Assembly: GCA_963835065.1 (NCBI GenBank)
Contig: CAWIEK010000002.1
Coordinates: 32,001 to 96,000, forward strand
DNA from: an uncultured Chthonomonadaceae bacterium
GTDB lineage: Bacteria > Armatimonadota > Chthonomonadetes > Chthonomonadales > Chthonomonadaceae
Length of the DNA: 64,000 nt
Reading direction: 5' to 3'
Both the position numbers and the translations under genes were made by a program. Of this stretch, positions 9,096 to 18,087 are shown in pieces; position 1 is the stretch's first letter, and every line of letters starts with the position of its first letter. The notes beneath the pieces are model-generated. The model searched no databases. It was not told where the DNA came from and saw only the letters and a program-made list of their open reading frames with translations.

Positions 9096-11318
9096 ATGTG
9101 CTGTAAGTTCGGTTATCTGCTAACCGCTGCTCTTTTGTTTGTCCTCGCGGGCCGCGTTCCGGCCCAAAACGCGCCACCAACCGATGCCGAGAACTTTACG
9201 TTTCTCGACATCACCGATCTGCATGTGAACGCGCAGGGCAGCGTGGACGCCTTGCGCAAACTGACCGACGAAGCCCTGCAAATGTCGCCCAAACCCGCCT
9301 TTGTCGTGGCGAACGGCGACCTGACCGAAACCGGAACGCCTGCGGAAATCGCCAAACTGAAAGAAGCCATTGCGCCCTTAGAGCAGGCGGGCATCAAATT
9401 CCATGCCATACCCGGCAATTACGACGTGCGCTGGTCTCCCGACGGCAAGGAGAGTTTCGAGCGCGCGTTCGGCAAAACGTACCAGTCGTTCGATCACGGC
9501 GGGGCGCATTTCATCCTGCTGGACACCACCGTTCCCCTCGAACACTGGGGGCATCTGGACAAGGCGGAACTGGAATGGCTCAAAAAAGACCTGGCGAAAG
9601 TGAAGCCGCAAACGCCCCTGTTCGTGTTCATGCACCACTGGATCGGGCGTGACCGTCCGAGTGTGCGCGTGGTAGACAACGAGTTCGATTTGGTTCCGAT
9701 TTTGCGCTCCCGCAACGTGATCGCCATTTTCACCGGGCACGGGCGGCAGGATTTGGCCTGGCAAACCAACGGCGTCCGCACCTTCATGTCGGAAGGGCTG
9801 TTTCAGACACACGGCTCGTACTACCGCGTCAACGTTTCCAAACTGCTCGTCACGCTGGATCGGCAGTTCCTCAGCGCGACCGGCGAACCGTACCACGCCA
9901 CGATTCCCATCGCCAACAAGTCGCACCCCTCCATTCTCAAAGCCGAGTGGGACGACCCCGACAATGCGTTTCTGTCCCGCCGCCGCCCGCAGGCCAGCCT
10001 GAACCCCCGCGCCGTGACCGACAACCCCGACAAGGAAACGGCGGAATACCGCATTGACGACGGCCCGTACAAGCCCCTGCTCAAAGACAAGCGCGACCTG
10101 TGGCGGCAGCAGTTCGAGACCAAAGACATTGCCATTGGCGTTCATACCGCCGACGTGCGCCTGACGACCAGCAACAACATCACGTATGAAGACGAACTGA
10201 TCTTTGAACTGGAGCGCAACAACACCGAACCCACGCAAAAATGGGCCATCAATCTGGACGGCCCGATACAATCCACGCCGCTCCTGCTCAATGACCTGCT
10301 GATCGTCGGTTCCAGCGATGGCAAATGCTACGGCCTGGAACTGATGCGGGGCCGCAAAAAATGGACGTTCCCCACCAAAGGCCAGTTTATCGCCTCCCCC
10401 GTCCTTGACGGCAATACGGTTTATTTAGGTTCTACCGATCACTACTTGTACGCGCTGGAATCGGGCAGTGGGCGTCAAAAATGGCGGTACGACACGGGCG
10501 GGCCAATCTTTGCCACCGCCGCCGTCGCGCAGAACACGGTCTGCATCGGCGCGAAGGGCAAAATCATCGGCGTGGACGCGAATACGGGCAAATTCAAGTG
10601 GTCGGTTCCCACAACCGCCCTCTTCCAATCCCGCGCCACAACAGACGGCAGCGCGTTCTACCTGGGCGGATGGGACAACACCCTGTATGCCATTGATGCC
10701 GCAAACGGCGCGACGCGCTGGACGGTTCGCATGGGCGTTGACAAAAACAAGCAGTTGACGTCTACGTATTCCCCCGCGATTGCCGCGCCCACCCTCGCCA
10801 ACAACCGCGTCTACATCTGCTCCAACGACGGCGTTCTCCACGTCCTGAACGCGCAAACCGGCAAGGAAGCCTGGATCGCCGCCGCGCCCACCGCGTCTGA
10901 TCCCTTCGGCTATTCCACGCCCGCCGTTGTCGGTCCGAACGTGTACCTTGCCGGGCTGGGCAAAAACGGCGACGTGTACTGCCTGGATGCGGGCACGGGC
11001 AGCATCCAATGGCGCGAGTCAACCGGACAGACCATCTACGACTCTTCCCCGCGTCTCGCTCCCGACGGCAAAACCCTCGCCATCATGGGCGTTCGTGGTC
11101 GCGTCTCCGTTCTGGACACCCACACAGGCAAGCGCGTCTGGGGCTACGAACTCGGACCCGGCAACATCTTCTCCACCCCGGAATACGACGGCCAGCACGT
11201 CTACACCACCACGATGGCAAATGACGTACAGTGCATCAACGCGCCAGGTGTGGGCGGAATCGAGCGCCGCCAGCCTCGCACACCTGCCACCGATACACCG
11301 GGAACAACAGCGAAGTAA
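9096..11318 (+). CDS. Secreted metallophosphoesterase + PQQ-like (BamB-type) beta-propeller protein
   Basis: Signal peptide; DLH, GDLTE, GNYD and GHG calcineurin-like motifs; multiple W-containing PQQ repeats. Confidence 0.85.
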   Translation: MCCKFGYLLTAALLFVLAGRVPAQNAPPTDAENFTFLDITDLHVNAQGSVDALRKLTDEALQMSPKPAFVVANGDLTETGTPAEIAKLKEAIAPLEQAGIKFHAIPGNYDVRWSPDGKESFERAFGKTYQSFDHGGAHFILLDTTVPLEHWGHLDKAELEWLKKDLAKVKPQTPLFVFMHHWIGRDRPSVRVVDNEFDLVPILRSRNVIAIFTGHGRQDLAWQTNGVRTFMSEGLFQTHGSYYRVNVSKLLVTLDRQFLSATGEPYHATIPIANKSHPSILKAEWDDPDNAFLSRRRPQASLNPRAVTDNPDKETAEYRIDDGPYKPLLKDKRDLWRQQFETKDIAIGVHTADVRLTTSNNITYEDELIFELERNNTEPTQKWAINLDGPIQSTPLLLNDLLIVGSSDGKCYGLELMRGRKKWTFPTKGQFIASPVLDGNTVYLGSTDHYLYALESGSGRQKWRYDTGGPIFATAAVAQNTVCIGAKGKIIGVDANTGKFKWSVPTTALFQSRATTDGSAFYLGGWDNTLYAIDAANGATRWTVRMGVDKNKQLTSTYSPAIAAPTLANNRVYICSNDGVLHVLNAQTGKEAWIAAAPTASDPFGYSTPAVVGPNVYLAGLGKNGDVYCLDAGTGSIQWRESTGQTIYDSSPRLAPDGKTLAIMGVRGRVSVLDTHTGKRVWGYELGPGNIFSTPEYDGQHVYTTTMANDVQCINAPGVGGIERRQPRTPATDTPGTTAK

Positions 11319-11650
11319 ACCACCCGCTTCGCTAGAGACACAGAGGCACAGAGGAAAAGCCAATGCGAGAAAAACAAAGGAGAACAAGAAGAGGAGAGAT
11401 AAGAAACCGCGAAACAAACGAAACAAACGAAAAAGAACATGCGGAAAGCATTGTCAAAGAAAAGATTGGGAAGCGTCTTACAAATGGCCTTCTCTTCTTT
11501 GTCACCTGTGCCTCTTTGCGGTTCATTTTGTTTTCTCTTTTGTGTTTCCTTTTTTTCGTCTTGGTTCGCGTCTTTCGCGGTTCCCCTCTCCTGATTTTCT
11601 CGTATTGGCTTTTCCTCTGTGCCTCTGTGTCTCTAGCGAAGCGGGTGGTT
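11318..11650. mobile_element. MITE-like element with 56-bp terminal inverted repeats and nested inner IR
   Basis: AACCACCCGCTTCGCTAGAGACACAGAGGCACAGAGGAAAAGCCAATGCGAGAAAA at 11318 pairs with 11595-11650 (one G-T mismatch). It lies between convergent stop codons; a second copy is at 41878. Confidence 0.75.
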
Positions 11651-12396
11651 CATTTATTCTTCAGGTTTGCGGCGGCGGCCTGGTCGAGGAACCATGTCAG
11701 TGTGCCGTTCGTCGGCTGCACGGCCTGGGCGGGGAGGGCGTCGAAGTCCGCTTGGCCTTCCAAAATGGCGGCCACTTTGTCGGCTTTGTCGGCCTTGTCT
11801 ACGAGGAACAGGACATTGGCGGCGTTGTTCAGAACCGGGTAGGTCAGGGTGACGCGGGTTACGTAGGGCTGCATACCGGGTTCTGTGGCGACGGCGAGGC
11901 GGTGCTGCTCATGCAGGGCGGGTTTGTGCGGGAACAGGGAAGCGGTATGTCCGTCCGGCCCCATGCCTAACAGAATCAGGTCGAAGCGGGGCAATTGTCC
12001 CGGCTGTAGTTTGAAAAAGCGCTGAAGGTCTTCGGCGTACTGCTGCGCGGCAAGGTCGTGGTCGGGCAGGTCGGCAGGGATGCGATGCACGTTGTGGATG
12101 GGGTTAGGCGTTTTGGACAGCAGGGAAGTTTGCAGCATCTGGAAGTTGCTGTCGCTGCTGTCGGGCGCAACGCAGCGCTCATCCCCGAAGAACAGATGAA
12201 TGGCCTCCCAATCCAAAGTGGTATAGGGCGGTTCAGCCAGCAGGCCGTACATCACCGCCGGGGTGCGTCCACCGGCCAGCGCGACAGTGAACGGCTCCCC
12301 GGCTGAGTGTTTTTGTTCATACAGTTCCAAAAAGCGGTCAGCTGCGGCGCGGGCAAGATCGTCGGGCGTCTCGAAGATGCGAATAGCGCGGGTCAT
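11650..12396 (-). CDS. pgl: 6-phosphogluconolactonase
   Basis: LAGGRTP, FFGDERCV, LLGMGPDGHTASLFP and RVTLT motifs. Confidence 0.95.
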   Translation of the reverse strand: MTRAIRIFETPDDLARAAADRFLELYEQKHSAGEPFTVALAGGRTPAVMYGLLAEPPYTTLDWEAIHLFFGDERCVAPDSSDSNFQMLQTSLLSKTPNPIHNVHRIPADLPDHDLAAQQYAEDLQRFFKLQPGQLPRFDLILLGMGPDGHTASLFPHKPALHEQHRLAVATEPGMQPYVTRVTLTYPVLNNAANVLFLVDKADKADKVAAILEGQADFDALPAQAVQPTNGTLTWFLDQAAAANLKNK

Positions 12397-12562
12397 GTCC
12401 TTCTTCCTTCCTTCGGTTACGTTGCTGTTGCTTTCGTGTCGTACTGTTGTTACGCTACAGGCGCAGGCATTTCAAACACAATGATACCCAATACTTGCCC
12501 GCCTGAATCTCGCTTGTTCCATTCACGATTGTATTTTCTACGCTTTGTTTAAGGAAAGTTCT

Positions 12563-13336
12563 ATGCTTGGAGCCATTGCCGGGGACATCATTGGAAGCGT
12601 GTACGAAGGCCGCAACATTCGTACTACAGATTTCCCCCTGTTTATCTCCCATTCGCGGTTTACGGACGATACCGTCCAATCCGTTGCCCTTGCGCACAGC
12701 CTGCTTTACAACGAGGATTTTACGCTGCTGCTCAAAACGTATTACGATCACTACCCGCATGTGGGCTACGGCGGCACATTCAAGGAATGGGCCAAATCCG
12801 ACAGCATGGAGCCGTATAACAGTTGGGGCAACGGATCGGCCATGCGCGTCAGCCCGATTGGTTGGGCGTTCGATACCATAGAAGACGTGCTGGAACAGGC
12901 AAGGCGCAGCGCGGAAGTGACGCACAACCACCCGGAAGGCATCCGAGGGGCGCAGGCGATTGCTTCGGCTATCTTTCTGGCGCGGCAAAGCCAGAGCAAG
13001 GAAGCGATTCGCGCCTATATAGAGGATACCTTCGGCTACGCGCTCGATGATACGGTTGAAAACCTCCAACAAACCTACGTATTTGATGTTTCCTGTCAGG
13101 GTTCCGTGCCGCAGGCCATTATCGCGTTTATCGCATCGGACGACTACGAAGATTGTGTCCGCAAAGCCGTTTCCATCGGCGGCGACAGCGATACGATTGC
13201 CTGTATGGCCGGCGGCATAGCCCATGCCTTTTACGGCGGCGTACCGGACAAAATCAAGCGCGAAATGTATTCCCGCCTCGACGAACCACTCATAGAAATC
13301 GCCTACTGGTTTTGCGAGAAGTTCGATTGCGGGTGA
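12563..13336 (+). CDS. ADP-ribosylglycohydrolase (DraG/ARH family)
   Basis: GAIAGDIIG, FTDDT, SWGNGSAMRVSP, THNHPEG and GGDSDTIA motifs. Confidence 0.92.
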   Translation: MLGAIAGDIIGSVYEGRNIRTTDFPLFISHSRFTDDTVQSVALAHSLLYNEDFTLLLKTYYDHYPHVGYGGTFKEWAKSDSMEPYNSWGNGSAMRVSPIGWAFDTIEDVLEQARRSAEVTHNHPEGIRGAQAIASAIFLARQSQSKEAIRAYIEDTFGYALDDTVENLQQTYVFDVSCQGSVPQAIIAFIASDDYEDCVRKAVSIGGDSDTIACMAGGIAHAFYGGVPDKIKREMYSRLDEPLIEIAYWFCEKFDCG

Positions 13337-13341
13337 CGGTC

Positions 13342-13446
13342 GGGTATTCGGTATTCAGGTGTTCAGGTGTTCAAATTATAGAGTTGTCACACTAAAGTAA
13401 ACTCTGGCACTTTTGTATTTCCCGAACACCGAACACCGAACACGAA
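13342..13446. repeat. GGTRTTC(A) / (C)CGAACAC short tandem repeat inverted pair
   Basis: GGTATTC-GGTATTCA-GGTGTTCA-GGTGTTCA at ~13342-13372 and CCGAACA x3 at 13422-13442. Confidence 0.85.
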
Positions 13447-13453
13447 GTTCCAT

Positions 13454-13482
13454 TTGACTTCCCTTCGTTCGTTGCGTATCAT
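13454..13482 (+). promoter_or_regulatory. Putative sigma70 promoter
   Basis: TTGACT-17 nt-TATCAT upstream of the gene at 13646. Confidence 0.55.
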
Positions 13483-13645
13483 TATAATAGTGGTAGTCCA
13501 TCTGCTGCATCGCAAGGGACGCGGTTGAAACAACCGCCTGCTTCTGGCGTCTACAACAATAGCGCGAAGCGTTTTGCCTTGCGTGATTTCGCCTGTCTTC
13601 TTCTGATACTTGAATTCTCTCATTATATTTCGCGAGGAGTGTGTA

Positions 13646-14611
13646 ATGCTCGTTTGTTCTTCGTTGCGCGATTCGTTGCTGAAGCGCTGTGTTCGTGCCG
13701 CTTCGCTGCTTGGTTTGGGGTTGGCGGCTTGCGTGGTGGGCGCTCGTCCGGCACAGGCGGATGGCAAATCCGCGCTGCCGATGGGCGTGGACACGTTTAA
13801 GATGACCAAGCCCGTGCAGACGTTTTCGCCCGGTACGCTGGAAAACCACATTGACGGGCAGGCCGAATCGGTGAAAAAGTACGACTTCAAGCAGTGCGAT
13901 TATGCCGAGTACGCGCCGGGCGGCAAGGGTACGCAGTTAATTACGGTTGACGTGTACACGATGGGCAGCCCGCTCGACAGCTACGGGTATTACAGCTACC
14001 AGTTGTACCCAAGCGCGAACCGCGTGAAGTTTGTCAAGTTGGGCAATGTGGAAGGCTACCAGACTTCCGACAGCGTGAACTTTTGGAAGGGGCCGTATTA
14101 TGTGGTCGTGACTATCACCGCCGCCAATTCGCCGCCCAATTATCAGGCCGAAGCGCCCAAAATCGCGGCTGCCATCGCCGCCAAACTGACGGGCGGGCAA
14201 ACGCCCCCGCCGATGCTGGCCTTGCTGCCGCCGGGTCGGATACTCCATTCCGAACACTATCAACGCGCCGACATTTTCTCGCAGGCGTTTTTGAAAAACG
14301 GCGTTGTGGCGAATTATCCCACCGTCGGCCCGCAGGGGGAATTGTTTGTGGCGCAGTATCCGTCCGCCGATGCCGCAAAGCAGGCCTACGGGCAGTATCA
14401 AGCCTATCTCACCAAGCCCGCAACCGCGGCGGCGGGAGCCAAAGCCGAAATGCCGAAAGGCTTGGGCGACAGCGCGGTAGCCGTAAAAACCAAGTTCGGC
14501 GGTCAGGTGGTAGCGGCAATTAAGGGTAAAACCATCGTCGGCGTCCGCAAAGCCAACAATCCCGCCGGCGCTCAATCCCTCGTCAAAGCCGCCATCGCCA
14601 AAGCCCAATAA
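13646..14611 (+). CDS. Secreted DUF6599-like protein
   Basis: GAGGAG SD; signal peptide; LENHIDGQAE..YDF, VDVYTMGSPLDSYGYYS and FWKGPYYV motifs resemble this family. Confidence 0.65.
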   Translation: MLVCSSLRDSLLKRCVRAASLLGLGLAACVVGARPAQADGKSALPMGVDTFKMTKPVQTFSPGTLENHIDGQAESVKKYDFKQCDYAEYAPGGKGTQLITVDVYTMGSPLDSYGYYSYQLYPSANRVKFVKLGNVEGYQTSDSVNFWKGPYYVVVTITAANSPPNYQAEAPKIAAAIAAKLTGGQTPPPMLALLPPGRILHSEHYQRADIFSQAFLKNGVVANYPTVGPQGELFVAQYPSADAAKQAYGQYQAYLTKPATAAAGAKAEMPKGLGDSAVAVKTKFGGQVVAAIKGKTIVGVRKANNPAGAQSLVKAAIAKAQ

Positions 14612-14629
14612 CATTTACCGAGGACGCTA

Positions 14630-15190
14630 ATGTCGGCCATGACAACGAAAATGAAAGCCACAATTGATGACTTGTACCGTGTGCCGGAACATGGCAAAGC
14701 GGAACTGGTCAATGGAGAGTTGGTTCTTATGCCGCCCACAGGAGCCTTTCCCGGACGCGCGGGAGGAGAAATTTACGTCAGTTTACGCCAGCATGAGCGA
14801 AATGTTGGCGGTGGCCGCGCTTATCCTGATAACGTCGGTTTTGCCGTTAATCTGCCGCATCGGGAGTCATTCAGCCCGGACGCGGCCTGGCATACAGGAC
14901 AAAGCACAGGCCTGAAATTTTTGCAGGGAGCGCCGGTATTTGCGGCAGAGATACGCAGTGAAAACGATTATGGCCCGGCGGCGGAACGCGCAATGGCAGA
15001 CAAACGCGCCGACTACTTTGCTACCGGAACGCTGGTTGTGTGGGATGTAAATTTAACTAGCGCGGATGTAATCAAGAAGTACAGCGCCAGTGCCCCGAAC
15101 GATCCAATCGTTTTTCGGCGTGGCGAACGGGCAGAAGCAGAGCCTGCCGTTCCCGGTTGGATCATGCTTGTGAATGATCTGTTCACGTAG
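14630..15190 (+). CDS. Uma2 family PD-(D/E)XK endonuclease
   Basis: AELVNGELV, SPDAAW, APVFAAEIRS and KRADYFATGTLVVW motifs. Confidence 0.9.
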   Translation: MSAMTTKMKATIDDLYRVPEHGKAELVNGELVLMPPTGAFPGRAGGEIYVSLRQHERNVGGGRAYPDNVGFAVNLPHRESFSPDAAWHTGQSTGLKFLQGAPVFAAEIRSENDYGPAAERAMADKRADYFATGTLVVWDVNLTSADVIKKYSASAPNDPIVFRRGERAEAEPAVPGWIMLVNDLFT

Positions 15191-15269
15191 CCACAAGTGA
15201 GCAGTTTCTACACGATGCTGAAATTGTAAATCTGCTTTGACGCTGTTTCTTGGAGGGCAGGAGCGACCC

Positions 15270-15572
15270 GTGAACGATACAATTACCTGTGAAGAGTTAG
15301 AGCGCTTTTTTGAGGATTTTGCGACGGAACTGGAAAAAGGCCAGACGGTTCCGTATGCCCTGCAAACCCTGTCCAATCAAGAAGGTAATACGTTTTTTCG
15401 GTGCATCATTGATGAAGTGTATGAAAGCGTCACCTATGGCATGACGCTTACGGACGCGCTGATGCGGCATCCCAGCGTGTTCGACAATGATATTGTGGAC
15501 GCCGTCCGTGAGGGCGAAGAAAGCGGAACCCTTACGGAAACGCTGTGTCGGCTTGGCGAAAGCGGCAACTAA
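15270..15572 (+). CDS. Standalone type II secretion F / PilC-like domain protein
   Basis: G.TLTDALMRHPSVF...VREGEESGTL.ETL.RL is a T2SSF signature; AGGAG SD before GTG. Confidence 0.75.
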   Translation: MNDTITCEELERFFEDFATELEKGQTVPYALQTLSNQEGNTFFRCIIDEVYESVTYGMTLTDALMRHPSVFDNDIVDAVREGEESGTLTETLCRLGESGN

Positions 15573-15720
15573 ACAGTTGATAGTTGATAGTTGATAGGGA
15601 TACAAGAATTATTAACTATCCACTGTCAACTTTCAAACCTTATCCTCAACGGAAGAGCGCTGAAAGTTCGTCGCTCGTGCATCCCTATCAACTATCAACT
15701 ATCAACTATCAACTGTTTAG
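15569..15720. repeat. AGTTGAT / ATCAACT heptamer inverted pair
   Basis: CTAAAC(AGTTGAT)3AGGGAT at 15569-15601 versus ATCCCT(ATCAACT)4GTTTAG at 15681-15720. Confidence 0.95.
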
Positions 15721-15771
15721 ACGCGCCGGACGCGCTTTGTGTCCGCTGGATAACGGCAGGAGAACAAGAAC

Positions 15772-16869
15772 ATGGCAGAAGACAAAACAACGGGCAAGCA
15801 GGACGAGGTTAAAGTTGCGCCCAAAGCAGACGATACGCTCAGTCCCGAAGAGAAAGCCGCCAATCGCCGCAAGTTTCTGGAAATCGCAGGCGGAACCGCG
15901 CTGCTCGGCGGTTTGTACGGGCTGACCTTCTTCAATCACGAGGACGCCGCCAAGCCCCGCAACATCCGCAAGCCGGAAAAAGCGACGCCGACCACGCCCG
16001 ACATTGTGGCCGTGGAAGGCAACCCCGAATCCTACGGCGACATTACCGAACGCGCCATCAACGAACTCGGCGGCATTGAAAAGTTCGTCAAAAAGGGCGA
16101 CAAAGTCGTGATTACGCCCAACATGGGCTGGATGCGGACGCCCGAACAGGCGGCGGCCACGCATCCCGATGTGCTGCGCCGTCTGGTGCAGTTGTGCGAA
16201 CGGGCGGGCGCGTCGCGCATTACGTGCATTGATTATACGCTCGACGACTGGAAACTCGCCTTTGAAATCTGCGGCGCGAACAAAGCCGTGCTGGGAACCA
16301 AAGCCAAACTGCTGTCGCCCACCGAACAAACGATGTACAAGCAGGTGGACATTCCCAGCGCCGTGCCGCGCATGACAGCGGAAGGCTTGGCCTACGATCC
16401 CAAACACCACTTCAACCAGATCGAACAGCACATCCCGCATGACATCATCGAAGCGGACTGCTTCATCGTGAACCCGGTTGTCAAAGATCACGAAGCCGCT
16501 GTCATTACGATTGCCATGAAGAAACTGATGGGCTGCATCTGGAACCGCAAGGACTACCATCGCTACGGCCTGCACGACTGCATTGCCGAACTGAACATGT
16601 TCATCAAGCCCACGCTGATTGTCACGGACGCGACTCGCGCCCTGCAAACGCGCGGCCCCAAAGGTCCCGGCGAAGTGACCACGCCGCATAAAGTGATCGC
16701 GGGCATTGACCCGGTGGCTTTGGACAGCTACTGCTGCCAGTTCCTCACGGTCAAGGGCATCACGCCGGACCAGGTGAACCATCTCGTCCTTGCCAACAGC
16801 CTGGGACGCGGCCAGATTGACACCAGCCAACTCATTCTCAAGGAAATATCCGGCGCAAAGGGCGCGTAA
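15772..16869 (+). CDS. DUF362 domain protein with twin-arginine-like N-terminus
   Basis: NRRKFL plus TM segment; ELGGIEKFVKKGDKVVITPN, ATHPDV, PVVKDH, MKKLMG and DPVALDS motifs. Confidence 0.85.
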   Translation: MAEDKTTGKQDEVKVAPKADDTLSPEEKAANRRKFLEIAGGTALLGGLYGLTFFNHEDAAKPRNIRKPEKATPTTPDIVAVEGNPESYGDITERAINELGGIEKFVKKGDKVVITPNMGWMRTPEQAAATHPDVLRRLVQLCERAGASRITCIDYTLDDWKLAFEICGANKAVLGTKAKLLSPTEQTMYKQVDIPSAVPRMTAEGLAYDPKHHFNQIEQHIPHDIIEADCFIVNPVVKDHEAAVITIAMKKLMGCIWNRKDYHRYGLHDCIAELNMFIKPTLIVTDATRALQTRGPKGPGEVTTPHKVIAGIDPVALDSYCCQFLTVKGITPDQVNHLVLANSLGRGQIDTSQLILKEISGAKGA

Positions 16870-17282
16870 TGAACGCTTCCGAGTTTATGTTTCTGGATGC
16901 GCCCAACTGCCGACTGGAACTCCGGCGCGGCGTTATCTGCGAACGCGAGTTTTTGGGCGCGGCGGGTGGCAGCGCAACGTGCCGGTTGTTATGCGCCCTT
17001 ACTGCGCCCTATCTGGAAGATACCAGCGTCACTGTTCTGGCGGGCGGCACAGGTTTTCTCATTGAACAAACCCCGGACACCGTAATCGCCCCAAATGGAG
17101 CCGTGTTCGTCCATCGTGACCTGAGTTCGTGTCCCGAAGACGAGTACCTAACCGTTCCGCCGGACATAGTACTCGAAACGTGGACGCCGCCGGCAGTGAT
17201 GTTTTGCCTGGCTTCACTTTGCCGGTACACAGGTTATTTCGCGATGCAATCCGAAAATGCTCTTGAACTCGCCTATCGCTAG
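16869..17282 (+). pseudogene. Degenerate/truncated Uma2 family endonuclease
   Basis: RLELRRG, TGF...PDTVIAPNGAVF and VPPDIVLE resemble Uma2; similarity is lost after ~17190. Confidence 0.6.
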
Positions 17283-17333
17283 GAATTTGGTAGATGAGTA
17301 CAAGTAACAGGGATAGTGGAGCGTGATTTCTAC

Positions 17334-17783
17334 ATGGCTGACGTTGAATTTACCGCGGAAAGTTACCATGACGCTGCATTGCAACATCTGCGCTTCGCCG
17401 GAACCTCGCATAGCGCAGGAGCATACTTCTACGCGCACTATTTTTCCGGGCTGGCGGTTGAATGTATTCTCAGAGCCTATAGACTTAAAATCAGCAAAGC
17501 GTTCGATGCGCGGCATGACCTGTATGAGCTTGCCAAATCTGCAGAGTTCTTCGATTTGGTTTCTCCTGAACTTCAGGTGGAGTACGGCGCTAAGTTCATT
17601 ACGCTGAATTTACGCTGGCGCAGTAATCAACGCTATATGTCAGAGGAACAACTAAAGAAATACTTGCGTGGCTTACGCGCTGACTTCGACAAAAAGGGCG
17701 AACGCTTCAAAAACAACAGTTCGACGGTCTATCAGCTTGCTTATAACATTGTGAACTTAGGAGATCGGAAATGGACACCTTAG
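17334..17783 (+). CDS. HEPN domain protein
   Basis: A.YFSGLAVECILRA and RHDLYEL motifs typical of HEPN. Confidence 0.7.
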   Translation: MADVEFTAESYHDAALQHLRFAGTSHSAGAYFYAHYFSGLAVECILRAYRLKISKAFDARHDLYELAKSAEFFDLVSPELQVEYGAKFITLNLRWRSNQRYMSEEQLKKYLRGLRADFDKKGERFKNNSSTVYQLAYNIVNLGDRKWTP

Positions 17784-18043
17784 AAAAGACAACGATTGAG
17801 GCGCAAGTCTACCGCGCATTACAACAGCTTTTTCCGGGTGCGCAAATCGAAGTAGATATGTCAAAGGGCGCGAAAAAAGTGAGCGGCTACGTTGTATGGG
17901 ACGGATTTGGCGATGAAAGCATTCTGGAGCGGCAGACCGCGCTATACCAACGCCTCAATGACGCTCTTGGGGAGCAGGCGCGGCGAGTTTCGTTGATTTT
18001 CACCTATACGCCCAAAGAGTTCGCGCTTATGAACTCTGTTTAA
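17771..18043 (+). CDS. Small BolA-like protein overlapping the HEPN gene
   Basis: VVWDGFGDESILERQTALYQRL...IFTYTPKE matches the BolA pattern (VVS.F.G..RQR.VY..L..TP.E); 13-nt overlap with HEPN. Confidence 0.55.
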   Translation: MDTLEKTTIEAQVYRALQQLFPGAQIEVDMSKGAKKVSGYVVWDGFGDESILERQTALYQRLNDALGEQARRVSLIFTYTPKEFALMNSV

Positions 18044-18087
18044 CTTGTTTTTGAGGCAGCAAGCGCCTGACGTAAACTGTTCTCGAG

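Noticed and set aside
11363..11842. ORFs spanning the MITE and other repeat clusters (also 227-505, 1227-1472, 59511-59873)
   Set aside because: Low-complexity translations of repeat or CRISPR DNA.
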